This document shows, in pieces, positions 26,995-35,919 of a DNA stretch of 64,000 nucleotides. The notes below the pieces were generated by a model that saw nothing but the letters and a program-made list of their open reading frames with translations, did not search any database and was not told where the DNA came from. Every line of letters starts with the position of its first letter. Positions within the stretch are counted from its first letter, which is position 1. Position numbers and translations under genes: made by a program. The stretch comes from Bacteriovoracaceae bacterium (GTDB lineage Bacteria > Bdellovibrionota > Bacteriovoracia > Bacteriovoracales > Bacteriovoracaceae), in the NCBI GenBank assembly GCA_048270185.1, contig JBLWTJ010000002.1, positions 544,001 through 608,000 on the forward strand, read 5' to 3'.

Positions 26995-29652
26995 GTCGTA
27001 CCAGTTTACACCAAAAGCCGGGTCAACTTTTAGAGGGACTTTTAGTTTTACAACATTTTCCATTCCCTCTTTTACAAGAGTTTTCATTTCATTTAATTCA
27101 TTTTCAGGAACATCAAAAATAAGCTCATCATGTACCTGAAGAAGCATCTTAGATTTTAAGCCTCTTTTCTTAATTTCAGCATCAATATTGATCATGGCAC
27201 ATTTAATAATATCAGCGGCCGTTCCTTGAATTGGCGAGTTGATGGCCATACGTTCAGCATTTGCCTTGATTGTACGGTTATTTGAATGGATATCCGGTAA
27301 AAAACGCTTACGGCCATACATTGTTATAGAATAACCTGTTTTCTCAGCATCCTCTTTAAGTCCATCTAAGAAACCTTTTATCTTTGAGAAACGTTCAAAG
27401 TACTTTTCAATATATGCCTTGGCATCCTTTCTTGAAATTTTAAGTGCCGAAGCAAGTCCGAAAGAAGACTGACCATACATAAGCCCAAAGTTTACGGCCT
27501 TGGCCTTTGACCTTTCATCACTTGTGACATCTTCAAGATTAATACTATTAATCTCACTAGCTGTTTGAGCGTGAATATCCTTATCTTCATTGAAGGCCTT
27601 AATCATTGTTTCATCACCACTATAGTGGGCAAGGATACGAAGTTCAACTTGAGAGTAATCGGCAGCAAGAAGAAGGTTCCCAGGAGTTGCAATAAATGCT
27701 TTTCTTACAAGCCTTCCTTTCTCTGAACGAATTGGAATATTTTGAAGGTTTGGATTCACACTTGAAAGACGCCCTGTTTGAGCGACATGTTGATTGAAGC
27801 TTGTGTGAACTTTTCCGGTTTTCGGATTTACGATCTCTGGAAGAGCCTTCACGTAAGTAGAAAGGATTTTGCCAAGTTCACGGTACTGTAAAATAAGGTC
27901 TGGAACTTCATTAATATTCTTTGCTGCAAGCTCTTCTAATACTGACGAGTCAGTAGAAAAACCAGTTTTCGTTTTTTTCACAACAGGAAAAGATAGTTCA
28001 GTAAATAAGAACTCCCCTACCTGTTTTGGTGAGTTTAAATTAATCGTATCATTAACTGAATATGAATCGACTTTCTTTTGAATTGAATTAAGAGTTTCCT
28101 GAAGATCCTTTTCCATTTCATAAAGAAATTCTTTATTAAGACTAATCCCTTCAAACTCCATTCGAGCAAGAATTGGAGTTAGTTTATTATCAATATCTTC
28201 ATAAACGCTCACTAGTTCTTTCTCTTTTAATTCTTCTTTTAAAAGTGAAGCTAATCTAAAAACTGCAATTGAACGAATTCCAGAGTAAATTGATTTTTCT
28301 TCGACCGTCTCAAGTGATGTGATGAAAGGCGTCTTCTTATCTAAAGTTGTTACATTAACATTAACGTTAGATGAGATGGCCTCAATATTATGTCTCATAC
28401 TAGGGCTTACATTATAATGGGCCTGAGTAATATCAAAGTTCTTTGCATTAAAATCTATCCCATGACGGAAGAGATGAGAATACTCTCGCTTAGAGTGCTC
28501 ACTGAGTACTTCTTTCTTTTCATCTCCCCATACGAGGTCGATATACTCTTTTTCATTCTTTTCATTGATTTCTAAAAAGTAAGACTTGTTATCATCAAAT
28601 GAAAAAGCAATGGCGATTAAGTTGCGTGCATGGATATCTTCACTATCAAACTCTGATTGAATAGCAACTGATGGTGATTTTTTTAGAAGATCTTTGAATT
28701 CTTTTTCTTCAATATCCTTTCCAACAACGAAGTGTTCAAATGGAGAAGCAACAACTCCCTCTTCTTCGTCACCTTCAGCAACAGAAAGCTGATACTTAAG
28801 ATCTTCCATTCTCTTAATCATCGAATTCATACCTAATTCCTTTAGGAATCCAAGTAATTCATCCGATGGATAAAACTTAAGTTCAGAATCTTCTGACTTA
28901 CACTCAAGATTAATATCTGTTACGATTTTAATGAGTTCTCGTGATAACTTGGCATCTTCAACGTGTTCTGTGAAAGCAGTTTGCAGCTTCTTTCCTTTAA
29001 ACGTATCTGATACCTCAAAACACTTATCAAGAGTATCGTGTTCAGCAAGAAGTTTTGCAGCTCCCTTTGCGCCAATCCCACGCATCCCCGGAATATTATC
29101 CGATGTATCCCCTACCATTGAGAGGTAATCAACAATTTGATCAGGCCTTACACCCATCTTTTCAAATACACCTTTCTCATCATAAGTGACATCTTTCATC
29201 GTATCGAGCATCTTGATATTGTCACCAACAAATTGCATAAGATCCTTATCACCTGAAGCGATAAGAATTTCATCAAAGTCATTCTTCCACTGAGTTACAG
29301 AAGAGCCGATAATATCATCTGCTTCGTACTTATCATTTGCTACATTTAATAATCCCATCTTATCGATAAGCTCTTTAATAAGTGCAAATTGGGGAACAAG
29401 ATCTTCCGGCGGTTCAGAACGATTGGCCTTGTATTCTTCGTACATTTCATTACGAAATGATCCTCCCGAAGTATCGCGAGCAAGAAGCATATGTGTTGGC
29501 CTATAATTGGCCATAATTTTAAGAAGCATTGAAAGAACACCATAGGTTGCATTCACCGGTGTTCCATCCGGAGCATTCATTGAGCGAATTGCAAAGAATG
29601 CGCGAAATATAAAGTTACTGACGTCGACGACGATTAATCTTTTCTTTGACAT
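26986..29652 (-). CDS. polA: DNA polymerase I
   Basis: 5' nuclease EADDIIG and GDKDL; polymerase DYSQVELR, KAVNFGLMYG, QVHDEL. Confidence 0.98.
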   Translation of the reverse strand: MSKKRLIVVDVSNFIFRAFFAIRSMNAPDGTPVNATYGVLSMLLKIMANYRPTHMLLARDTSGGSFRNEMYEEYKANRSEPPEDLVPQFALIKELIDKMGLLNVANDKYEADDIIGSSVTQWKNDFDEILIASGDKDLMQFVGDNIKMLDTMKDVTYDEKGVFEKMGVRPDQIVDYLSMVGDTSDNIPGMRGIGAKGAAKLLAEHDTLDKCFEVSDTFKGKKLQTAFTEHVEDAKLSRELIKIVTDINLECKSEDSELKFYPSDELLGFLKELGMNSMIKRMEDLKYQLSVAEGDEEEGVVASPFEHFVVGKDIEEKEFKDLLKKSPSVAIQSEFDSEDIHARNLIAIAFSFDDNKSYFLEINEKNEKEYIDLVWGDEKKEVLSEHSKREYSHLFRHGIDFNAKNFDITQAHYNVSPSMRHNIEAISSNVNVNVTTLDKKTPFITSLETVEEKSIYSGIRSIAVFRLASLLKEELKEKELVSVYEDIDNKLTPILARMEFEGISLNKEFLYEMEKDLQETLNSIQKKVDSYSVNDTINLNSPKQVGEFLFTELSFPVVKKTKTGFSTDSSVLEELAAKNINEVPDLILQYRELGKILSTYVKALPEIVNPKTGKVHTSFNQHVAQTGRLSSVNPNLQNIPIRSEKGRLVRKAFIATPGNLLLAADYSQVELRILAHYSGDETMIKAFNEDKDIHAQTASEINSINLEDVTSDERSKAKAVNFGLMYGQSSFGLASALKISRKDAKAYIEKYFERFSKIKGFLDGLKEDAEKTGYSITMYGRKRFLPDIHSNNRTIKANAERMAINSPIQGTAADIIKCAMINIDAEIKKRGLKSKMLLQVHDELIFDVPENELNEMKTLVKEGMENVVKLKVPLKVDPAFGVNWYDLK

Positions 29653-29725
29653 ATAATCTCCAATTTATGCTATAAATCTAGCCAATTAAGTTGAATCTGT
29701 TAATGGTTAATGTGGAGAATCAGTC

Positions 29726-30193
29726 ATGGACAATGCGCAAAAGATCGAAAAATATAACGGTGTTAAACGTGATATCTTTGCAATTTGCGAGGGTGAAACA
29801 AGTACTATCGCTAAGATGGCCACAATTTCTTGTGTTCTAAAGCAAGCTTTCTCTCACTACTATTGGTGTGGATTCTATATAGTTGACCCAAATAAAGAGA
29901 ATGAACTAGTTGTTGGGCCTTACCAAGGTACCCTGGGATGCCTTCGCATACCCTTTGGTAAAGGGGTTTGCGGGACGGCCGCTCAAACTCTTGAAACTCA
30001 AATCGTTGAAGATGTTCACTCTATCGCTAATCACATAACTTGTGACCCAAAGAGTCAGTCAGAAATTGTCGTACCTGTATTTGAAAACGAAAAGCTTATT
30101 GCAGTTCTTGATGTCGACAGTGACTCACTGGCAAGCTTCAATGAAGTTGATAAAAATAATTTAGAAGAAATAATTGAAAAAGTTTTTGCTTAA
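29726..30193 (+). CDS. msrC: GAF-domain free methionine-R-sulfoxide reductase
   Basis: WCGFY, GPYQG, CLRIPFGKGVCGTAA, HITCD, SEIVVP, LDVDS. Confidence 0.85.
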   Translation: MDNAQKIEKYNGVKRDIFAICEGETSTIAKMATISCVLKQAFSHYYWCGFYIVDPNKENELVVGPYQGTLGCLRIPFGKGVCGTAAQTLETQIVEDVHSIANHITCDPKSQSEIVVPVFENEKLIAVLDVDSDSLASFNEVDKNNLEEIIEKVFA

Positions 30194-30687
30194 GCCTGAG
30201 TTCCTTGGTCTTCAAACCAATTAGTCTTTCGCTTCTTAATAGCAAGCATCGTATCATCATTTGCCATGACAGTTGTGTCGGCCATGACGTCACCTAATCT
30301 GTGACCAGAATCTAACTTGTAAAGAAGATAGAGCTCAATCCCTACAATTGGCACTCCAATAATTACGGCCATAAACCAACCTGCAACAGGAATAATGGCA
30401 AAGGCCAACGGAATGATAAATGGTAGATTTCTAATAAAACTCTGCTTAAGTGAACAAGGTGTTCCATCAATAAGTGAGATCACGCGAAAGCCAATGAACT
30501 TCTTCCCTACCGACTGCCCATTTTGAATTGAGTCAGCAAAGCTTAGATAAACAATGGAAAAGAGAATTCCAATTGGATAGAGAAATAGTGAAAGAACAAT
30601 GACAATGAAGAGGTCAATTGCCTTGGCCAATATACGTGAATATCTTGCGACCTTGATGGCCGACTTTAGAAGATACTTTCTATCCAT
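30190..30687 (-). CDS. RDD family membrane protein
   Basis: RILAKAID, GQSVGKKFIGFRV, RLGDVMADT. Confidence 0.85.
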   Translation of the reverse strand: MDRKYLLKSAIKVARYSRILAKAIDLFIVIVLSLFLYPIGILFSIVYLSFADSIQNGQSVGKKFIGFRVISLIDGTPCSLKQSFIRNLPFIIPLAFAIIPVAGWFMAVIIGVPIVGIELYLLYKLDSGHRLGDVMADTTVMANDDTMLAIKKRKTNWFEDQGTQA

Positions 30688-30884
30688 ATATTTATCTTAT
30701 CCTATTAATTTTATTAGAAAACAAGGCATTTTTTGCACTACGTCCAAACAAGGAGTATTAACTGAAGAAATCTTTAACTTATCTATCACTCAATAGTCTT
30801 TGATTAATAGCCAAGAATAATTTTTTACGATATAACTTTAGACTGAGAATAAAAAGAGCACCATTTGCTCTGGAGGATAATTAT

Positions 30885-31208
30885 ATGAGTACTGTTGGTA
30901 AAACTGACGTAACAAATTTTGAAACTGATGTATTAAAAAACTCAAAGCCAGTTCTAGTTGATTTCTGGGCAGAATGGTGTGGACCTTGTAAAACTTTAGG
31001 CCCAGTTCTTGATGAAGTTGCATCAGAAATTGGTGAAGGTGCGAGCATTCTTAAAGTAAACGTTGATGACAACGGTGAACTAGCTCAACAATATGGAATC
31101 CGTGGTATTCCAACAATGATCTTCTTTAAGGACGGACAAGCAGCTAAGACTCTTGTTGGTGTTCAAACTAAAGACGAAATTAAAAAATCATTAGAAGAAC
31201 TTATGTAA
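30885..31208 (+). CDS. trxA: thioredoxin
   Basis: VDFWAEWCGPCK, IRGIPT. Confidence 0.97.
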   Translation: MSTVGKTDVTNFETDVLKNSKPVLVDFWAEWCGPCKTLGPVLDEVASEIGEGASILKVNVDDNGELAQQYGIRGIPTMIFFKDGQAAKTLVGVQTKDEIKKSLEELM

Positions 31209-31211
31209 TAG

Positions 31212-31238
31212 AAGCCTCTTTTTAAAAGAGGCTTTTTT
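31212..31238 (+). terminator. intrinsic terminator
   Basis: AAGCCTCTTTT-T-AAAAGAGGCTT then T-run. Confidence 0.75.
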
Positions 31239-31253
31239 CTTTTTGAAGGATAT

Positions 31254-31835
31254 ATGGAAAATTTCATTTCTCACGCTTTTAATCACGCCCAAGAAACTTT
31301 AAATAAATTTATTGCTAACGAAGAAAACTTCTCAATTATGGAGAAGGCCATTAATGAAATGGTTCAAGCAATTAAAGGTAATGGCCGAGTAATTAGCTGC
31401 GGAAATGGTGGATCAATGTGCGATGCTATGCACTTTGCAGAAGAGTTAACAGGACGCTTTCGCAAAGACCGCCCAGCAATGCCAGCTGTAGCAGTTGCCG
31501 ACCCATCACATATCACTTGTGTGGCAAATGACTACGGATTCGAGTATATCTTCTCAAAGTATGTTGAGGCCCATGGCCAAAAAGGCGACGTCCTTCTTGC
31601 AATCTCAACTTCAGGTAATTCACCAAATTGTCTCGAGGCCGTAAAGTCTGCTCACGCCCAAGGAATGAAAGTCGTAGGACTCCTTGGAAAAGGTGGCGGA
31701 AAAATGAAGGACCTTGTGGACTTCCCAATTGTCATTGAAGCCGAACTTTCTGATCGTATTCAAGAAATGCATATTAAAATCATTCATACGTTCATAGAAG
31801 GGATCGAGCGCCAAGTCTATCCAGATAACTACTAG
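31254..31835 (+). CDS. gmhA: D-sedoheptulose-7-phosphate isomerase
   Basis: CGNGGSMCDAMHFAEEL, ISTSGNS, RIQEMH. Confidence 0.96.
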   Translation: MENFISHAFNHAQETLNKFIANEENFSIMEKAINEMVQAIKGNGRVISCGNGGSMCDAMHFAEELTGRFRKDRPAMPAVAVADPSHITCVANDYGFEYIFSKYVEAHGQKGDVLLAISTSGNSPNCLEAVKSAHAQGMKVVGLLGKGGGKMKDLVDFPIVIEAELSDRIQEMHIKIIHTFIEGIERQVYPDNY

Positions 31836-31866
31836 ATAAAACCGGCACAAACTTCCAACTCTTTAA

Positions 31867-31904
31867 AATCAAGTGCTTGACGCATTTATGCGTTAAAATA
31901 TTCT
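31867..31904 (+). promoter_or_regulatory. putative promoter with IHF consensus and palindromic operator
   Basis: AATCAAGTGCTTG (perfect WATCAANNNNTTR), TTGACG-N16-TATTCT, palindrome ACGCAT-TT-ATGCGT. Confidence 0.45.
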
Positions 31905-31935
31905 TAAGATAGTACATAATTTTAAGGAGCTATAA

Positions 31936-32586
31936 ATGGAAGGCACAGCTGTATCATCGGTAAACACGATCGCTGCATTTTTTCAAAATGGTGGGATTTT
32001 CATGTGGATCATCCTCTTCATCTGGGCAGTAGGTATTGCCATTGGTTTAGAGAGATTCTTTAAGTTAAGTTTTAAATTTGATGTTGATGGAGCTTCATTT
32101 ATGAATGAACTTCGTCGCTATATTATGGCCAACGATGTTGAAGGTGCATCTCGTGTATGTTCGGGATCAAACGCTGCTCTACCAAAAGTTCTAAGAAGTG
32201 GACTTGAAAGAGCGTCAGCAAGACCAGAGCAAATTCAAAATGCAATCGATGCAACAGCACTTGAAGTTATTCCAAAAGTTGAGTTAAGACTTAACTATCT
32301 TCAACTAATTGCTAATATCGCTACTCTATTTGGACTTCTTGGAACAATCCAAGGTCTAATCGCTTCATTCGCAGCTGTTGCAGCAGCAGATCCAACACAA
32401 AAAGCTGAGCTTCTTGCCAAAGGGATTTCACAAGCGATGAACACAACTTTCTTAGGACTACTAGTGGCCATCACAATTATGGTTATTCACGCATTCCTAA
32501 GCTCTAAATCAGAGAAAATCATTAACGAAATTGATGAATACTCAGTTAAGTTAATGGACATTTTAAGCACTGAAGAAAGTAAGTAG
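31936..32586 (+). CDS. MotA/TolQ/ExbB proton channel (AglR-like)
   Basis: ATLFGLLGTIQGLIASF, LAKGISQAMNTT. Confidence 0.92.
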   Translation: MEGTAVSSVNTIAAFFQNGGIFMWIILFIWAVGIAIGLERFFKLSFKFDVDGASFMNELRRYIMANDVEGASRVCSGSNAALPKVLRSGLERASARPEQIQNAIDATALEVIPKVELRLNYLQLIANIATLFGLLGTIQGLIASFAAVAAADPTQKAELLAKGISQAMNTTFLGLLVAITIMVIHAFLSSKSEKIINEIDEYSVKLMDILSTEESK

Positions 32587-32591
32587 TAATT

Positions 32592-33119
32592 ATGTATAGA
32601 AAACCGAGTCGAAAATATAAGAATAAGAAAGTTGAAAGGCTGAATCTAATTCCAATTTTAGATTCGGTCTTTATCTTTATTTTCTTTCTATTAATGTCAG
32701 CTAATTTTGTCAGAATCTATGAAATTGGCTCAGATGTACCAATTATCTCTAACTCTCAACCACCTAAAGAACAGAAGAAGAGATTAGACCTAACTCTAAA
32801 AATAAATCAATCTTCAATTACCCTACACTCGGGGCCAAATGAAAATCGTATTTTTAGTGTCGGGAAGAACTCTGAAGGTGAATACGACCTATTTAAACTT
32901 CGCGAGAAGCTTATCGACCTGAAGAAGAGATATGTAGATGAAAAAGAAGTAATCTTCATTCCTAATGCAAATATTACTTATGAAGAACTAATTAAGATTA
33001 TGGACTCAGTTCGTGACCTAAAGAAAACAGATCCAGAAATTTGGACTAAAGAAAATGGTCAAGATAAGAAAATCACTGAGCTGTTTAACAATATTATTTT
33101 TGGCGACACACAGTCGTAG
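32592..33119 (+). CDS. ExbD/TolR family (AglQ/S-like)
   Basis: LNLIPILDSVFIFIFFLL, YEELIKIMD. Confidence 0.88.
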   Translation: MYRKPSRKYKNKKVERLNLIPILDSVFIFIFFLLMSANFVRIYEIGSDVPIISNSQPPKEQKKRLDLTLKINQSSITLHSGPNENRIFSVGKNSEGEYDLFKLREKLIDLKKRYVDEKEVIFIPNANITYEELIKIMDSVRDLKKTDPEIWTKENGQDKKITELFNNIIFGDTQS

Positions 33120-33136
33120 AAACATATAGGTTAATT

Positions 33137-33646
33137 ATGAGAAAACGCTCCATTAGGGACAGAGGTATAAGAAGAAAGAAGGAACCATTTGATATTGATA
33201 TCACTTCCCTTCTCGATATTCTCGTTATCCTTCTAGTCTTTCTAATCAGAAGTTATGATACAACAGGTGTAATCTTAAATATTCCAAAAGATATTACGAT
33301 TCCACACTCTGTTTCTAAATCAATAAATGAGCAAGGTGTTGTTGTGCAAGTCTCTCCTAAGATTATCTGGGTTGATGATAAAGAAGTACACAATACGGAA
33401 ACTTATAAAGGACGCCTCTACTCGCAAGGAGGACGCCTAATTCTTCCTCTTTATAACGAACTTGTTGCAAAGAGAACAGAGATTGAAAACGTTGCGAAAT
33501 CAACTCCCAACGCTAAAAAATTCTCAGGTATCGTCAACCTTGTTGTTGATAAATCACTTAAATATAATTACGTAAAGAAGCTTATGCACACTGCTGCAGA
33601 GGCTGGCTTTCAAAAGTATAAATTCGTTGTTCTCGGACAAGAATGA
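33137..33646 (+). CDS. ExbD/TolR family (AglQ/S-like)
   Basis: IDITSLLDILVILLVFL, DKSLKY...AAEAGF. Confidence 0.88.
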   Translation: MRKRSIRDRGIRRKKEPFDIDITSLLDILVILLVFLIRSYDTTGVILNIPKDITIPHSVSKSINEQGVVVQVSPKIIWVDDKEVHNTETYKGRLYSQGGRLILPLYNELVAKRTEIENVAKSTPNAKKFSGIVNLVVDKSLKYNYVKKLMHTAAEAGFQKYKFVVLGQE

Positions 33647-33650
33647 TATT

Positions 33651-33674
33651 AAGGCTCCCTTCGGAGCCTTTTTT
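33651..33674. terminator. intrinsic terminator between convergent operons
   Basis: AAGGCTCC-CTTC-GGAGCCTT then T-run. Confidence 0.85.
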
Positions 33675-33681
33675 ATTTAAG

Positions 33682-34977
33682 CTAGAAGAATCTAGAAAGA
33701 GTAATTGATAACTCATCATCCCCATCGAGGACATAAAGGCCACTCTTATCGGCTTTGGCATCCTCTCCAATTGTTACCCCTCGAAAGCTAATCTTTCCTT
33801 TCCAGGCATTATTTAGGCGACGCTCATAACTTAGGTAGTAAAGAGTCTCCCCTTCCCTTTCTAAGTCAAAATAAACACCAAGCATGAATTCATTTGAGTA
33901 AGCATCATTAAGCGCTAAGCGATGACCTACAAAGAGATCATTTTGAAAGATTTGTGCCTGTTTTCTTTGTAACTTATCAACCCCTAATACTCTTTGGTAT
34001 TCAGTAAAAAATCCTGAACTCCAATTATTAGCATAATTATAAGTATACTCATGTCCGATTGAAGCTAGGTGATAATCAAATGCTTGTCTCTTAACTGTCG
34101 GAACAGGTGTTGTCACTTGTGTGTAGTCATAGATTGCTAAGTCACTATCAACATTAAAATCTGAGTATAAGTATTCAAACTTGAATGTCTGTTCTCCCCA
34201 AAAATACGTCGCGGCCGTTCCGTAATCAAGAACATCAGCATAGTAAACATTTAGAGCTCTTGTCGATAAGTTGTGAAAGCCCACTATTGGACGAGTACGA
34301 TCAATATGGTCCATCGCAAACACAGTTAAATCAAGGTCACCAAATTGATGGGCATAGTAAATTGCCCACTGGTTGTACTGATCTTCTTCATCGACTGTTT
34401 TGATTTCATTTCCAACAACAACATTCTGACTTGCAGGAGTTAGCCCATCAAAAATTCTCATTTTCTTATTTGGATAGAATCCTTCTTTGAAGTATGGCAT
34501 ATAGATGAACTTCATTGTTCCGATACTTGTGTAATGGCTTGCCACAATAGAGGCTTCCCCGAGTTTTTCGAAACGTTCAATATTTCCATCATTGATTCGA
34601 GAGTTGATGACATCAACGACATGGTATGCTTCAAGACGAGACCACATGAACATATGGTAACCAGCACTTACCTGCCAGTTCCCAAAGCTTCGTCCAATAT
34701 TCAATTCGTTAAAGTCAACATAGCTATTTTCTTGGTACTTCTCATCTGCTCGACCAATTAATGAAAGGTTGTACTCCCAACCATCCCAATCACCGCGCTC
34801 CTCTACTGAAGCTTTAATAAATGCTAGTTCATTTGGCTGATCTTCATTTGTTAGAGTTTGAGATTTTTCTGTATAGCCTCTAAAGTTTAATGAAATCTCT
34901 CCTCGGCCATCGGCAAATGTATTATGACCAAGTAGTGAGACAGTCCCTGCAATTAATACAAAAAATAAATTCTTCAA
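33682..34977 (-). CDS. outer-membrane beta-barrel protein
   Basis: Signal peptide, alternating amphipathic strands, C-terminal Phe (LSRFF). Confidence 0.75.
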   Translation of the reverse strand: MKNLFFVLIAGTVSLLGHNTFADGRGEISLNFRGYTEKSQTLTNEDQPNELAFIKASVEERGDWDGWEYNLSLIGRADEKYQENSYVDFNELNIGRSFGNWQVSAGYHMFMWSRLEAYHVVDVINSRINDGNIERFEKLGEASIVASHYTSIGTMKFIYMPYFKEGFYPNKKMRIFDGLTPASQNVVVGNEIKTVDEEDQYNQWAIYYAHQFGDLDLTVFAMDHIDRTRPIVGFHNLSTRALNVYYADVLDYGTAATYFWGEQTFKFEYLYSDFNVDSDLAIYDYTQVTTPVPTVKRQAFDYHLASIGHEYTYNYANNWSSGFFTEYQRVLGVDKLQRKQAQIFQNDLFVGHRLALNDAYSNEFMLGVYFDLEREGETLYYLSYERRLNNAWKGKISFRGVTIGEDAKADKSGLYVLDGDDELSITLSRFF

Positions 34978-34978
34978 A

Positions 34979-35743
34979 TTACTTTAACTTCCTCTTAGTA
35001 AGATCGTTTTCTTCAACTTTCTTACCAATAACTCTATCTTTCCAATTAAAAATAGATTTCTTTTTATTGTTAAGGTTTACCATAACAATTTTATTGGCAC
35101 GCCACATTTTTCTTTTCCCAACTGTGTAAGATTTAAATCCTTCCATTGTTGAAGTTTTAATGTGTTCATTTCTTTTGTTAAAATACTCAGACTTTACTGG
35201 TGTAAGGTACTTTTTTGAAACATAGAGTATTACTTTTGAATATGAGCTCTTAGCTTTTGACTTTCGTTCAACAACCCAAACATTATCTTTACCGACTTTT
35301 GAATCTTTTAAGTATTCATAATTATACTTTTCAATTGTCTGACCACCAATATCCTCAAATGAGAATTCAGATCCCATGAAAGAGCTTCCCTTAGAGCGTG
35401 AGTTGATTTTCTTAACTCTCTTTAAGGACGGAAGATAAAGCCATTGGTCATCATCTTGCTCACTATTTTTCCAAGTCCATGTTAGAAGTTTAGTTCCCTT
35501 AACGTCTAAAGGCTTTTTAAATTCCATCAAGCTCTTATCGACACCTTCAAACTCACCAGAGATACCAATCATCTCTCTTACAATTTCAACACCACTTGAG
35601 TCGACTAAAATAAGCTCCATCGTTGACGTATCACCAACAAAACCAGAGTTGGCCTTATCCATCTTCTGAGCAATCTCTAAACCTTTCGGATTTGCTAGAG
35701 CACTAATCGATACTAGAATTAATAGTAATTTAAAAAATTTCAT
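34979..35743 (-). CDS. outer membrane lipoprotein-sorting (LolA-like/DUF1329) protein; start revised to MKFFK
   Basis: PLDVKGTKLL, DDDQWLYLPSLKRVKKI, SFMGSEFSFEDI; SD GAGG before 35743. Confidence 0.85.
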   Translation of the reverse strand: MKFFKLLLILVSISALANPKGLEIAQKMDKANSGFVGDTSTMELILVDSSGVEIVREMIGISGEFEGVDKSLMEFKKPLDVKGTKLLTWTWKNSEQDDDQWLYLPSLKRVKKINSRSKGSSFMGSEFSFEDIGGQTIEKYNYEYLKDSKVGKDNVWVVERKSKAKSSYSKVILYVSKKYLTPVKSEYFNKRNEHIKTSTMEGFKSYTVGKRKMWRANKIVMVNLNNKKKSIFNWKDRVIGKKVEENDLTKRKLK

Positions 35744-35880
35744 ATCTACCTCGCATGGCCTCAAAGGAGGCTGGCCTATTTGCATTAGTTTTACGCAAAT
35801 GAGTGTATCATCGACAATACAATGATTGAACATTTTGTATTGATAATGACAAAGTATTTATCTAAGTGGTTGAAATTATA

Positions 35881-35902
35881 CCCCTTGTAGATCTACAAGG
35901 GG
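35881..35902. terminator. perfect 22-bp palindrome, probable terminator of the glt operon
   Basis: CCCCTTGTAGATCTACAAGGGG just downstream of the GltG-like stop. Confidence 0.65.
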
Positions 35903-35919
35903 CGTTATATTTAGTAAAT

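Noticed and set aside
31843..31858. CGGCACAAACTTCC as a sigma-54 promoter for the motor operon
   Set aside because: No GC at the required GG-N10-GC spacing.
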